64,000 bases of DNA, taken from positions 1 to 64,000 of IMG/VR virus record IMGVR_UViG_3300008627_000683; one strand, 5' to 3'. Positions 29,853-38,421 of the stretch are shown here, piece after piece. Both the position numbers and the translations under genes were made by a program. Below the pieces are notes generated by a model. It was not told the origin of the DNA, made no database searches, and saw only the letters and a program-made list of their open reading frames with translations. How positions within the stretch are numbered: the stretch's first letter is position 1; the number at the start of each line of letters is the position of its first letter. The DNA comes from an uncultured virus (IMG/VR IMGVR_UViG_3300008627_000683). Lineage: Duplodnaviria; Heunggongvirae; Uroviricota; Caudoviricetes.

Positions 29853-29860
29853 TATTTATA
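29853..29860 (-). promoter_or_regulatory. late promoter of tmRNA
   Basis: exact TATAAATA immediately upstream of the acceptor piece. Confidence 0.65.
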
Positions 29861-29897
29861 TAGGTGTAGAAGAATAAAGGAATACCTGAGCATTCCT

Positions 29898-30071
29898 TTA
29901 TTTAATTTTCTTTTCTTCAAACCAGACGTGTTTTCTTAAAACTGGATCGTATTTCTTTTTACGTAGTTTTTCAGGATTGCGTCCGTTTTTAGTAGTAGTA
30001 TAATAGTAGCCAGTGCCTTCTGTTGACACTAGTTTAACTATTCTAATTGATTTACTAGTAGGATAAGACAT
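29898..30071 (-). CDS. rpmG: 50S ribosomal protein bL33 (Zn-free type)
   Basis: translated by hand, 57 aa: [57 protein letters not shown]. Confidence 0.95.
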   Translation of the reverse strand: MSYPTSKSIRIVKLVSTEGTGYYYTTTKNGRNPEKLRKKKYDPVLRKHVWFEEKKIK

Positions 30072-30403
30072 TAGTATTGATTTTTTGTTGTGTTGTCGGC
30101 AAACGCATGATTGTCAATAACATGTTCTTTTGCTTTTTCATTTGTCATTTCATCAGATGTTTCCGGAATAAAAGGAACATCAAGATTTGTGTAAGTGTTA
30201 TACCAACGTGATGATGGGCCCCATGTTGCGGGCCCGCAATCGAAATATGGTGTTTCAGTGTACCTATGTGTTTCTTTGAGTATTTGTTTTGAATTTGATT
30301 CTTGCAGATCTTTACAAAATGCGTAAAAAGTTTCTGCTTTTTCAACATCGCCTTCTGCAAGTTTGAGACACTCTAATTTTAAAGTTGAGTCATCCATAAT
30401 CAA
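30071..30403 (-). CDS. hypothetical protein
   Basis: [15 protein letters not shown] motif; stop overlaps the rpmG start. Confidence 0.6.
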   Translation of the reverse strand: MIMDDSTLKLECLKLAEGDVEKAETFYAFCKDLQESNSKQILKETHRYTETPYFDCGPATWGPSSRWYNTYTNLDVPFIPETSDEMTNEKAKEHVIDNHAFADNTTKNQY

Positions 30404-30411
30404 ATCCTATA

Positions 30412-30579
30412 TTAGTCTTGCCAAATTCTCCATGCACCGTAAATAATAGCGGCCCATGCAATCCAAGTAACTAGTGGTGAAAATAATAGTGCAAGAACAC
30501 CAACACCTACTAGTACTGTGCCATCCCAAGTTGATCTTTCTGACCATTTTGCTTTGGCCCAATCAATTAAATTAAACAT
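30412..30579 (-). CDS. small membrane protein (55 aa)
   Basis: hand-translated MFNLIDWAKAKWSERSTWDGTVLVGVGVLALLFSPLVTWIAWAAIIYGAWRIWQD; AGGAG RBS. Confidence 0.7.
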   Translation of the reverse strand: MFNLIDWAKAKWSERSTWDGTVLVGVGVLALLFSPLVTWIAWAAIIYGAWRIWQD

Positions 30580-30602
30580 AATAAGCTCCTTTAAAATATA
30601 AG

Positions 30603-30902
30603 TTATTTATCCGCTTCTACTTTAACTTGTAGCGGATAATTATTATTTCGTGCCAAAAGTGTCACTTCAATACCGTGTTGTTCAGCAATTTCATATGGCA
30701 AAATAGCAACAATAGCAGAACCTTCTGCATCTACTTTATATGTTAGTTCTTGTGCTTCTTCTAATGTGTGGCTAAACACAGTCATAAGAACATTAACAAC
30801 AAAGTCCATTGGTGTTACATCATCATTGATGAATATAACTTTATACAATGATGGCTCTTTTAAATCTAATTGCTTTTTAATCTTGGTTGCAGTATCAGAC
30901 AT
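30603..30902 (-). CDS. clpS: ATP-dependent Clp protease adaptor ClpS
   Basis: P.LYKVIFINDDVTPMDFVV.VL..VF, G.A....PYEIAE, YPL. Confidence 0.93.
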   Translation of the reverse strand: MSDTATKIKKQLDLKEPSLYKVIFINDDVTPMDFVVNVLMTVFSHTLEEAQELTYKVDAEGSAIVAILPYEIAEQHGIEVTLLARNNNYPLQVKVEADK

Positions 30903-31465
30903 TAATTATCCTTTTCGTAATCTTTCTTAATATTTTTATCTACAAAGTCTTTTAGTCTATATATTTTATATCTTGCGCCTTCTCGAGTTTGTCCACTTTG
31001 CCCTCGCTCCAGCATACCCTCTAAAAATTCAATAACTAGTGGGTTTCCTTTTTTCTTTGCTTCTCTTCCACGTTTAAGTTCTTCTTGCATTTCTCGTGAG
31101 AAAGGTATTTTATATAAACGAGTATTTCTCTCTCCTAAATGTTGCACCCATATTTCTATTACATGCCCTTGTCGTTGTCCATCAAGTAGCACAACTTTTC
31201 CTGAAGGGTATGTAGGAAGTGCATATCCTAGAAAATTATTTAACTTCACTATTGTACTATAGAATAAGAAAAAAATCAATGGAATTGTTAAAAACTTTAT
31301 ATAAAACTTAGCTGGTGTTTTTAGTAATGCGTATAATACTAATATTGCTAATACTAGCATGGCACCCAATTGTAAACCAAACTCGTATATAATATTATAC
31401 CAGTCTGATAAAACGATTTCATCCGTAGTATAATCAGTAAAATCTATTATTTCTTTCTCTGACAT
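30902..31465 (-). CDS. membrane protein (third gene of MotA-like triplet)
   Basis: two N-terminal TM helices, LGY..P, R.YKIPFS. Confidence 0.6.
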   Translation of the reverse strand: MSEKEIIDFTDYTTDEIVLSDWYNIIYEFGLQLGAMLVLAILVLYALLKTPAKFYIKFLTIPLIFFLFYSTIVKLNNFLGYALPTYPSGKVVLLDGQRQGHVIEIWVQHLGERNTRLYKIPFSREMQEELKRGREAKKKGNPLVIEFLEGMLERGQSGQTREGARYKIYRLKDFVDKNIKKDYEKDN

Positions 31466-31467
31466 AA

Positions 31468-32298
31468 CTAATTAGTTCCCTCTTGTTGCCATTTTCTCAA
31501 TTGAGTTGTCATTCCATCCCATAGACTAGGATCATATGTATCACCAATTGCCATAGGATGATTGCCATTATCGTCTTCAAAGTGTGTTAACCCATCTGTA
31601 TATACAAATGGTGTCGGATGATTATTAACGTATTCTATAGAATATGTATAACTTTGGGTACCGTCTGGGGTTGCGATTCCATTCTCTCTTTGTACAACTG
31701 TAAAGTTAAATGCAGTAACTTCTTCGCCAGTTTCTGTCATTTCAAATTTGGCAGTAGTAATTTCTTTAAACGGATTTACTCTTACTAATTCAACTGTTAC
31801 AGGTATTGGATATTTGGGAGGATTTGGAGATATGTCCTCAGGATTATCTGCTCCCGTGTATCCGGAAAGTCTTGACCGATGTGCATAATAGTGTACATTA
31901 ACTGTCCATTCACCTGGAATCCAGCCACGTATAGTAGCAACTTCAACATTTTCATCTACTGCTACTATAGTGCCGTCTGCTAACATAAGTGTATCGTTTG
32001 CCGCGCCCAAATCATCTCTATCTAAATGCATTAAGCCTGATGTGCGCGATTTAAAACTAACAACATTACCTTCAGGATCTTTTACCCACAAGTCAATATC
32101 ACTGTAATTGCCAACTTCCCAAGTCAATGTAATAATTAGTTCAGACTTAGGGTCTATTTTTTTATTCGTAGGTATAGGAGGTTGTATTAGCAAAAAAGAG
32201 ATAACAAACAGAAATACGAAACCTACTAATGTATTAAAAAGTAGATCAGTAAATCCTAGTCCTGAAAATTTTGATCGCTCACGCTTTCCTGTGGTCAT
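31468..32298 (-). CDS. MotB/ExbD-like TM anchor fused to YfaP/DUF2135-like Ig domain
   Basis: single TM with conserved Asp (GFTDLLFNTL); ITLTW..SDIDLWVKDP.G, LDRDD.G, PGEWTVNVHYY. Confidence 0.6.
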   Translation of the reverse strand: MTTGKRERSKFSGLGFTDLLFNTLVGFVFLFVISFLLIQPPIPTNKKIDPKSELIITLTWEVGNYSDIDLWVKDPEGNVVSFKSRTSGLMHLDRDDLGAANDTLMLADGTIVAVDENVEVATIRGWIPGEWTVNVHYYAHRSRLSGYTGADNPEDISPNPPKYPIPVTVELVRVNPFKEITTAKFEMTETGEEVTAFNFTVVQRENGIATPDGTQSYTYSIEYVNNHPTPFVYTDGLTHFEDDNGNHPMAIGDTYDPSLWDGMTTQLRKWQQEGTN

Positions 32299-32749
32299 AT
32301 TCTAAGTTTATCAATTGAAGTTTTGAAAGTAACGAACACGTTAAACCCACCAATGTAGTAGTTAATGCTGTACTCATACCAGCAGCCATGTCGCGAATGA
32401 CTTCTTTTGCCTGTCCGATGTTTGATAAATCTAGATCGTTAAACGAGCCACCAAGCATTATAATAAATCCAGTTACTGTTCCAATTAGTCCTAGTGATAC
32501 CATCGACTCGGCGAAGAACCAAGATACTTCTATAGATCTAAAGTTTAATGGTTTGCGTTTAGAAACTTTGTATGTTTGTAACCCTATATTGGCTGTTACG
32601 CCTGTAAACAATGCTATAATAAAGAAACTAATTTTTGTTTGGTCTAAATACCAAAGAGTACGCCACATATCAAAATAATATAATACTGCGGCACTACATG
32701 CTATTACGCAGGTCAATAACCACCACTTTAAGAAACTATTAGACTTCAT
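32279..32749 (-). CDS. MotA/TolQ/ExbB proton-channel family protein
   Basis: SLGLIGTVTGFI and GMSTALTTTLVGL signatures; TAAATA 5 nt upstream of ATG 32749. Confidence 0.85.
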   Translation of the reverse strand: MKSNSFLKWWLLTCVIACSAAVLYYFDMWRTLWYLDQTKISFFIIALFTGVTANIGLQTYKVSKRKPLNFRSIEVSWFFAESMVSLGLIGTVTGFIIMLGGSFNDLDLSNIGQAKEVIRDMAAGMSTALTTTLVGLTCSLLSKLQLINLEYDHRKA

Positions 32750-32792
32750 TAATATATTTATGTAAAAGAATATTATTATAAATATTTGTACC

Positions 32793-33860
32793 ATGCACGA
32801 CAAAAAGTTCTTTTGTATAGAGCCTTTCGTAAGTCTTTCTATAGTTAAAGAAGATCATATTTTTCCTTGTTGTCTTAATGAAGGGCAAAAAAGCACTCAA
32901 AAAGATGACCTATGGAACGATCCTTATCTTGAAAATATACGAAAACAAATTCTAAACAACGAAGTTCCTGAAGAATGTCGCGCCTGTGTTGAACAAGAAA
33001 AGTTTGGTCGATATAGCAGACGATTACATTCTAATGATGTTTGGTTAGAACAACACGGCAATTTTGAAGATGCTCTTGAAAATGATGCTCCGTATAAGTT
33101 AGATTTTTGGACTGGAAACTTGTGTAATTTGGCTTGTAGTACTTGTACATATACAAATAGTTCATCATGGTTTACACTTCTTAAAAAAGCAGATAAAGCA
33201 GGAAAAACTGATTTACGTTATAAAGGAAACTATGTAAGTAATTTAGATTACTCTTATGAATTTAAAAAAGAAGATATTCCGAATATTGACTTTAAAAATA
33301 TGGAAAATATACACTTCAACGGCGGTGAACCCTTGCTAACAGATTCACACTTTAAAATTTTAAATTTAATTCCGCCAGAACAAAGAAAGGATGTTTATGT
33401 CATTTATAACACAAACGGTACCGTCAGAATAGATTTAGAAGATGAAAAATGGAGTATTTTCAAAGAATACAAAAGTGTCGATATGTGTTTTAGTATAGAT
33501 GGCATTGAAGAAACATTTAATTATGTTAGATGGCCTGCTAAATGGGAAGAAGTACAAAGCAACATTGATCTATGGGCTGAATATTGTTATGGAAAATATG
33601 ATGACTGCCACTTTGAAATGAGTGTAAACATGGTAAAAACTCCGCACAATTATACAACGTTTGATAATGCCGTTAAATATGTCACTGATCGTTGGTTTAC
33701 CAAACTTATTGCGATTCGAAACGCAAGCATTGATGAATATGTGTTTACTACTAATGATCATTCTTTTATGGATTGGTCAGACGCACAATTTGAAGAATAC
33801 ACAAAGACAGAAGAATTTTTCTTGCAAACAAAAAATTTAGAAACACTACGAAATCTTTGA
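32793..33860 (+). CDS. radical SAM protein (twitch/SPASM N-terminus)
   Basis: FCIEPF, PCC, C..C; CNLACSTC; GGEP; YNTNGT; SIDG...YVRWP..W. Confidence 0.85.
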   Translation: MHDKKFFCIEPFVSLSIVKEDHIFPCCLNEGQKSTQKDDLWNDPYLENIRKQILNNEVPEECRACVEQEKFGRYSRRLHSNDVWLEQHGNFEDALENDAPYKLDFWTGNLCNLACSTCTYTNSSSWFTLLKKADKAGKTDLRYKGNYVSNLDYSYEFKKEDIPNIDFKNMENIHFNGGEPLLTDSHFKILNLIPPEQRKDVYVIYNTNGTVRIDLEDEKWSIFKEYKSVDMCFSIDGIEETFNYVRWPAKWEEVQSNIDLWAEYCYGKYDDCHFEMSVNMVKTPHNYTTFDNAVKYVTDRWFTKLIAIRNASIDEYVFTTNDHSFMDWSDAQFEEYTKTEEFFLQTKNLETLRNL

Positions 33861-33869
33861 TAAATATTA

Positions 33870-33898
33870 TTGACATATTAAAGCAAAGATGCTATAAT
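33870..33898 (+). promoter_or_regulatory. consensus sigma70 promoter of hsp20
   Basis: TTGACA-17-TATAAT with extended -10 TG; late box TAAATA at 33861-33866. Confidence 0.75.
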
Positions 33899-33964
33899 AT
33901 GTAATATAAGTGCTCAATTGGGAGGCTTATAACTTTACTCGCTTAATATAAGGAGGAACTTAAA

Positions 33965-34399
33965 ATGACAGAGTATAGAATCACATCTGGGAATCTAATC
34001 CCAACACTTAACCGACACATGGTAGGCTTCGATCGTCTCTTTGGCGATATGGACAGATTGTTTACAAGGGGCCAAGCACCATCTTACCCACCTTACAACA
34101 TCGAAAAACTTAGCGATACAGAATATGTTATCACTATCGCTGTCGCTGGTTTTGATCAAGGTGATCTTTCAGTAACCGTTGACAACGGCGTTCTTAATGT
34201 CTCAGGACACAAAGAAGATTCAGATAAGCAAACATGGTTACACAAGGGCATCGCTACACGCGACTTCCAACGCTCTTGGAACCTTGCTGAATTTGTTAAG
34301 GTTGTCTCAGCAGAGTGTAAAAACGGTATGCTTGAAGTTCGTTTGGTTCAAGAAGTTCCTGAAACCGCTAAACCCAAGGAAATTGAGATTAAATTTTAA
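33965..34399 (+). CDS. ibpA: small heat-shock protein Hsp20/IbpA
   Basis: VGFDRLF, SYPPYNIEK, AVAGF, LHKGIA.R.F, NGML.V.L...VPE..KP..I.I. Confidence 0.93.
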   Translation: MTEYRITSGNLIPTLNRHMVGFDRLFGDMDRLFTRGQAPSYPPYNIEKLSDTEYVITIAVAGFDQGDLSVTVDNGVLNVSGHKEDSDKQTWLHKGIATRDFQRSWNLAEFVKVVSAECKNGMLEVRLVQEVPETAKPKEIEIKF

Positions 34400-34415
34400 T
34401 CTTTTTAGGGAGGAG

Positions 34416-34448
34416 ATGGAAGTGGGGGCAGTTTGCCCCCATTTTCAT
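34416..34448. terminator. hairpin terminator between convergent hsp20 and rpsU
   Basis: ATGGAAGTGGGGGCA-GTT-TGCCCCCATTTTCAT. Confidence 0.7.
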
Positions 34449-34470
34449 AGCAAATTTTGTATCTTAGTCG

Positions 34471-34782
34471 TTAGTATAATCTATTTTTACTAGGTATTCT
34501 TTCTGCTTGCTCTTTAAGATGCCGCTTGCGGGCAACGTCTCTTGCTCTTTTTCTTTTAATACTTGGCTTTTCATAATGTTCGCGGGCTTTTAGTTCTTGC
34601 AATTTGCCGTCGTTGTCTATTTTCTTCTTAAGTTTACGTATTGCCTTTTCAACATTTCCGTCATTAACCCAAACTCTGAGTCCTGTAATTTTTACTGGAG
34701 CCCGTTTATCTTTTTGTTTGAATGGCGCTCTTCTATTATTATTCCATTTTGTATTTCTATTATTCCAAGTTTGTGCCATCAT
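34471..34782 (-). CDS. rpsU: 30S ribosomal protein bS21 with N-terminal extension
   Basis: V.V.DGNVEKAIRKLKKK...L.ELK.REHYEKPS.KRKR. Confidence 0.93.
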   Translation of the reverse strand: MMAQTWNNRNTKWNNNRRAPFKQKDKRAPVKITGLRVWVNDGNVEKAIRKLKKKIDNDGKLQELKAREHYEKPSIKRKRARDVARKRHLKEQAERIPSKNRLY

Positions 34783-35168
34783 TCCTCCAAGTATTGTAGT
34801 GGCTCTATAATATTTTTTATTCTGTTTTTATTTAATAAACTATATGATTCTGCGATACTATCATCGCAAAAGTAATAGCAGTTATTTTTATTTAACATCC
34901 ATCCAAACACGTGAGCAATAATATGATTGTATCGTAAATCAATTATTATGATATCTGATTGTTGCGTAGTATTAAGCAACCAATCTATATTGTCATTCAT
35001 AACCGGATCATAGATACATAAACTAACATCTAAATCTACATGTTTTAGTGTATTTAAAATTTCTCTTTGATCTTCTAAACCACATGCCGCAATTAATATG
35101 TTTAATGCTGATCCGTAATATTTGTCAGGTGGAGTTATAAGTGTAATTGTGTTATTCGCCGAGGACAT
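34779..35168 (-). CDS. hypothetical phage protein
   Basis: ITLITPPD...DWLL motif; coupled to neighbours. Confidence 0.65.
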   Translation of the reverse strand: MSSANNTITLITPPDKYYGSALNILIAACGLEDQREILNTLKHVDLDVSLCIYDPVMNDNIDWLLNTTQQSDIIIIDLRYNHIIAHVFGWMLNKNNCYYFCDDSIAESYSLLNKNRIKNIIEPLQYLEE

Positions 35169-37092
35169 CTTTACGTTTTAAGGTTGTTTGTAAGTATTCT
35201 TGTTCTTCTTCTGTAAACTCTGTAACACTTACACCATTATTTACACGTGACATTAAGTCGTCGATCTGTTTTTGACTTAATTTCTTTTGTTTGTCAGACT
35301 TGTTTAATTCTTTCTTAAGTTTTTCTATTTCTTTTTCTAACTTTTTAACTTTTTTAGTATCTTCTTTATGTACCACAAATGGTTTGCCTTCTAACTGTTC
35401 CTTTTCTACTACTTTCTTTTCTACAATTTTCTCTACAATAACTTCAACAGGAACTTCTTTAATCACTTCCTTTTCAACTATTACCTCTACTGGCACTTCC
35501 TTCTCAACCAGTTTCTCAACCTCTACTATCTTTTCAACTTCAACAGGAACTTCCTTTTCTACTATCTTCTCAACCTCTACTATCTTTTCTACAACCTTCT
35601 CTACTTCAACAGGAACTTCCTTCTCAACTAGTTTCTCAACTTCTACAATTTTCTCTACAACTTTCTCTACTTCGACAGGAACTTCCTTTTCTACTATCTT
35701 CTCAACCTCTACTATTTTCTCTACGACTTTTAGCTGATCAGTCTTTTTTTTACTAGCAGGTGGTTCTGTAGGTGGTGTTGGTTTTCGTGGTTTATCTGTG
35801 CGGAATCTTATTAGTGTCATATTACCAGCAATAACTAACAATACTGCTAATGGATCAAATACAAATATAATAACAATAATAACCCATCTTACAGCATCTT
35901 CCAGTAAGTCAGTCGTAATATCATTGCCATATATTAAACCAGCAATGTACTTAATTGGGCCCACTTCTGCTTCTAATTCTCTTACTTGGCTTGCTAACAC
36001 AAAACGTTCTTCATTTAATGTGTCTATTTGTGTATAATAGTTTTCAATTTCTATCTCTAACTCTTTTACTTTGCCTTCTACTTCGTCTGCTTTAACGCCC
36101 ATTTGCTCTTGTAATGATTTAATTTCATTATTAGCGGCGGTAATTTCTGCTTGTGTTTGCTGTCTTAACTCATCAATCTTTTGCTGATGTGGTTTAACTT
36201 TATTAGTGTAGTCTGCTCTTAATGCTGTTATTTGTTTTTGAACATCATCTGATACATCAATCTCTTTTTGTCGCAGTTCATTAATTTCGTTTTCAATTTC
36301 TCTAATTTGTGCGGCAAGTTCATCTCTGCGTGGTTGCTGTTCTTTTCTTAATTCTCTACCTTTTTCAACCCAATCTGTAATATTACCCCACGCACTTTTT
36401 TCTACACCTTTGTCTGTATATGCTTTAACATCAGTGTCTAATTGTGCTATTGTTTGATTAACACGCTCGATGGCTTGTTGTTTTACTACAACATCTTCTT
36501 GAACACGAGATTGTGCTACTTTAATGCGTTCTTCTTCTACGTCAATATTGTTTTCTAACTGCTCACGTAATGACTGTATCTGTGCTTCTTCTTGTGCTAT
36601 TAAACTGCTGACTCTATTCCAAGCACCATCACGTATTTGCTCTTGCTGTTCTATTGCTCTTGCTATATTTGTATTGTGTTGTCCTGTATCATTACTTTCT
36701 AATCTAGTAATTTTTTCTTTAGTAACATTTACTCTGCCATTATAGCGAGCAATTTTTTCATCAATACGTTCTACTTGTGCTTGTGCTTGTCCTGCGCCAG
36801 TAGTTTGTTCTACGTGGGCCTTGGATAAAAAGCCAAAGATACCCATAGAGGTAATAAACATTAGCACAACAACCGCAAGAGTAAGATAATACTTTAAAAA
36901 TTTAGGTATGTTGAACCAAAACTGGTAGAGCCACGAGGCAGTTACTAACTTACCTACTTCAAGAACCGCCCCCATAATAGCAATGGGTACAGCCGCGGCG
37001 GCAAATATAGCCATTAATCCTATAATGCTATAATATGCGGCAACGGCACTGATAGACAGCGCCGTCAATAGTACAAATAATGCAAAACCCAT
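35152..37092 (-). CDS. membrane-anchored coiled-coil protein with VEK/VPVE repeats
   Basis: 3 N-terminal TMs (LEVGKLV, ITSMGIFGFLSKAH), long coiled coil, EVGPIKYIA, FVFDPLAV TM, repeat tail. Confidence 0.8.
   Translation of the reverse strand: MGFALFVLLTALSISAVAAYYSIIGLMAIFAAAAVPIAIMGAVLEVGKLVTASWLYQFWFNIPKFLKYYLTLAVVVLMFITSMGIFGFLSKAHVEQTTGAGQAQAQVERIDEKIARYNGRVNVTKEKITRLESNDTGQHNTNIARAIEQQEQIRDGAWNRVSSLIAQEEAQIQSLREQLENNIDVEEERIKVAQSRVQEDVVVKQQAIERVNQTIAQLDTDVKAYTDKGVEKSAWGNITDWVEKGRELRKEQQPRRDELAAQIREIENEINELRQKEIDVSDDVQKQITALRADYTNKVKPHQQKIDELRQQTQAEITAANNEIKSLQEQMGVKADEVEGKVKELEIEIENYYTQIDTLNEERFVLASQVRELEAEVGPIKYIAGLIYGNDITTDLLEDAVRWVIIVIIFVFDPLAVLLVIAGNMTLIRFRTDKPRKPTPPTEPPASKKKTDQLKVVEKIVEVEKIVEKEVPVEVEKVVEKIVEVEKLVEKEVPVEVEKVVEKIVEVEKIVEKEVPVEVEKIVEVEKLVEKEVPVEVIVEKEVIKEVPVEVIVEKIVEKKVVEKEQLEGKPFVVHKEDTKKVKKLEKEIEKLKKELNKSDKQKKLSQKQIDDLMSRVNNGVSVTEFTEEEQEYLQTTLKRKDVLGE
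35400..35730 (-). repeat. coding tandem repeats (VEKIVEVEK.VEKEVPVE)n
   Basis: degenerate repeats visible in DNA and protein. Confidence 0.85.
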
Positions 37093-37192
37093 TGTACTAG
37101 TATTTATTGTTATATATAAACTTTATAACCACTAATTTTGCTGTAAATATGGGTAACCACACCGAGTGTGGTTATATTATGGAGGTATTATA

Positions 37193-37408
37193 ATGATAAA
37201 GGCTCTTTTAAGCGCAGCTTTATTACTAGGTCTTTCTGGAATCGCATCTGCAGAAGGTCGTGATGTAGCTTGGGAGAATTTCCAAGGAACAGTCGGCACT
37301 CCTGGCCCTTGCGAAGTTCTAGTAAATGATAAAGGTAAACCATATGTTTGTTGGACTATCTTTCCAGGACCTGGTGCAGAAGGCTCCGGAGAAGATTACC
37401 GCAAGTAA
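37193..37408 (+). CDS. small secreted protein
   Basis: GGAGG RBS, signal peptide MIKALL...ASA|E, two Cys; late box at 37144 followed by hairpin 37154-37174. Confidence 0.7.
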   Translation: MIKALLSAALLLGLSGIASAEGRDVAWENFQGTVGTPGPCEVLVNDKGKPYVCWTIFPGPGAEGSGEDYRK

Positions 37409-37430
37409 ACATTAATTTATTTCTATTATA

Positions 37431-37491
37431 GGAGAAGGGCGTACGGAATGGTTTTGCTATTAGCAGGATTACCGGCGCCCTTTTTCACTCC
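37431..37491. terminator. long imperfect hairpin between convergent genes
   Basis: AAGGGCG...CGCCCTT followed by a T-run; inner TGCTA-T-TAGCA. Confidence 0.5.
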
Positions 37492-37492
37492 A

Positions 37493-38338
37493 TTAATTAT
37501 TATACATTTCCATAGCACGAATAAAACGTGTCATACCAATGCCACCGCCTACTCTTGGAAAGAAGTCCATTGCTAAAAAGTCTTCCAACTCTTTTTCAAC
37601 TCTTTCTCTACCAAACGTATCAAATAGTATATTAGCATAACCGCCGTCACTAATAGTATGGAACATATGTTTCATTTGTTCTTTATCTGTAGCACGTTCT
37701 GCTGATCCAATTGTTTCTTGTCCAGCAATAATAACATCAATCTTTGCCGCAGTTTCGCCATCGTCGTTTTGTTTCATGTTCCAAAATGGACTTGTGTAGT
37801 TTGGAAAGTTTTTAATCATTGCTACACGGCCATTAAAGTTTTGGCACATTTTTTCTTCATGCTCGTGTTCTAATTCTTTAACGCCGTAAATATCACACCA
37901 TTCTAAATAATCTTTAGCAACAATGTTTTCGCCATCGGACCATGTTAAGTAGTCCATAAGTTCGCGTTCCATCTTCTCTAAATCTAAAATAGTTCCTGGA
38001 AACTCAAACTCAAACATTGGAAATATTAGTTCATGTCTACCAGCTACCGGATTTGGCTCTTGCCTATAGGAGGTGGAAATACAAAAAAACCCCGGAACGT
38101 CGGGGCGTGTTAGTAATTCATGTTCGAGCCACATTTGGCCCGTTTGTGGCAGGGGCCATAGTTGCCCTGCGTAATTATAGGTCGCTATTGTTGTTGGATC
38201 TTCGCATGCCGCTAGTATGCTTAATCTATTTTGTGTGTGTACTTCTAAGAATCCTTTAGCCATAAAAAAAGACCTTAATAGGTCTGCGGCTTGTGTAAAG
38301 TGTTGTGGATTGATAAGTTGTGTCATTGTTTTCTCCAT
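37493..38338 (-). CDS. class IIb aminoacyl-tRNA synthetase catalytic-domain-only protein (AsnRS-like)
   Basis: motif 1 LRSFF..KGFLEV, LPQTGQMWLE, motif 2 SYRQE...RH...FPMFEFE, ETIGSAER, motif 3 GGGIG.TR; no anticodon domain (281 aa). Confidence 0.8.
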   Translation of the reverse strand: MEKTMTQLINPQHFTQAADLLRSFFMAKGFLEVHTQNRLSILAACEDPTTIATYNYAGQLWPLPQTGQMWLEHELLTRPDVPGFFCISTSYRQEPNPVAGRHELIFPMFEFEFPGTILDLEKMERELMDYLTWSDGENIVAKDYLEWCDIYGVKELEHEHEEKMCQNFNGRVAMIKNFPNYTSPFWNMKQNDDGETAAKIDVIIAGQETIGSAERATDKEQMKHMFHTISDGGYANILFDTFGRERVEKELEDFLAMDFFPRVGGGIGMTRFIRAMEMYNN

Positions 38339-38421
38339 TCAAAATTTTTTTAGGCCTGTTGCCTAAACTGTTTCTATTTATATAAATAGTATAAAATAGA
38401 TACTATATATGGAGTAATAAT

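Noticed and set aside
29612..29863. 83-aa plus-strand ORF
   Set aside because: Antisense to the tmRNA, no RBS, no recognisable motif
30902..32749. Zorya defence system or flagellar motAB
   Set aside because: No long ZorA tail, no OmpA-like domain, no zorC/D/E or flagellar genes nearby
35291..35737. Ser/Thr/Phe-repeat plus-strand ORF
   Set aside because: Shadow of the VEK repeats on the minus strand
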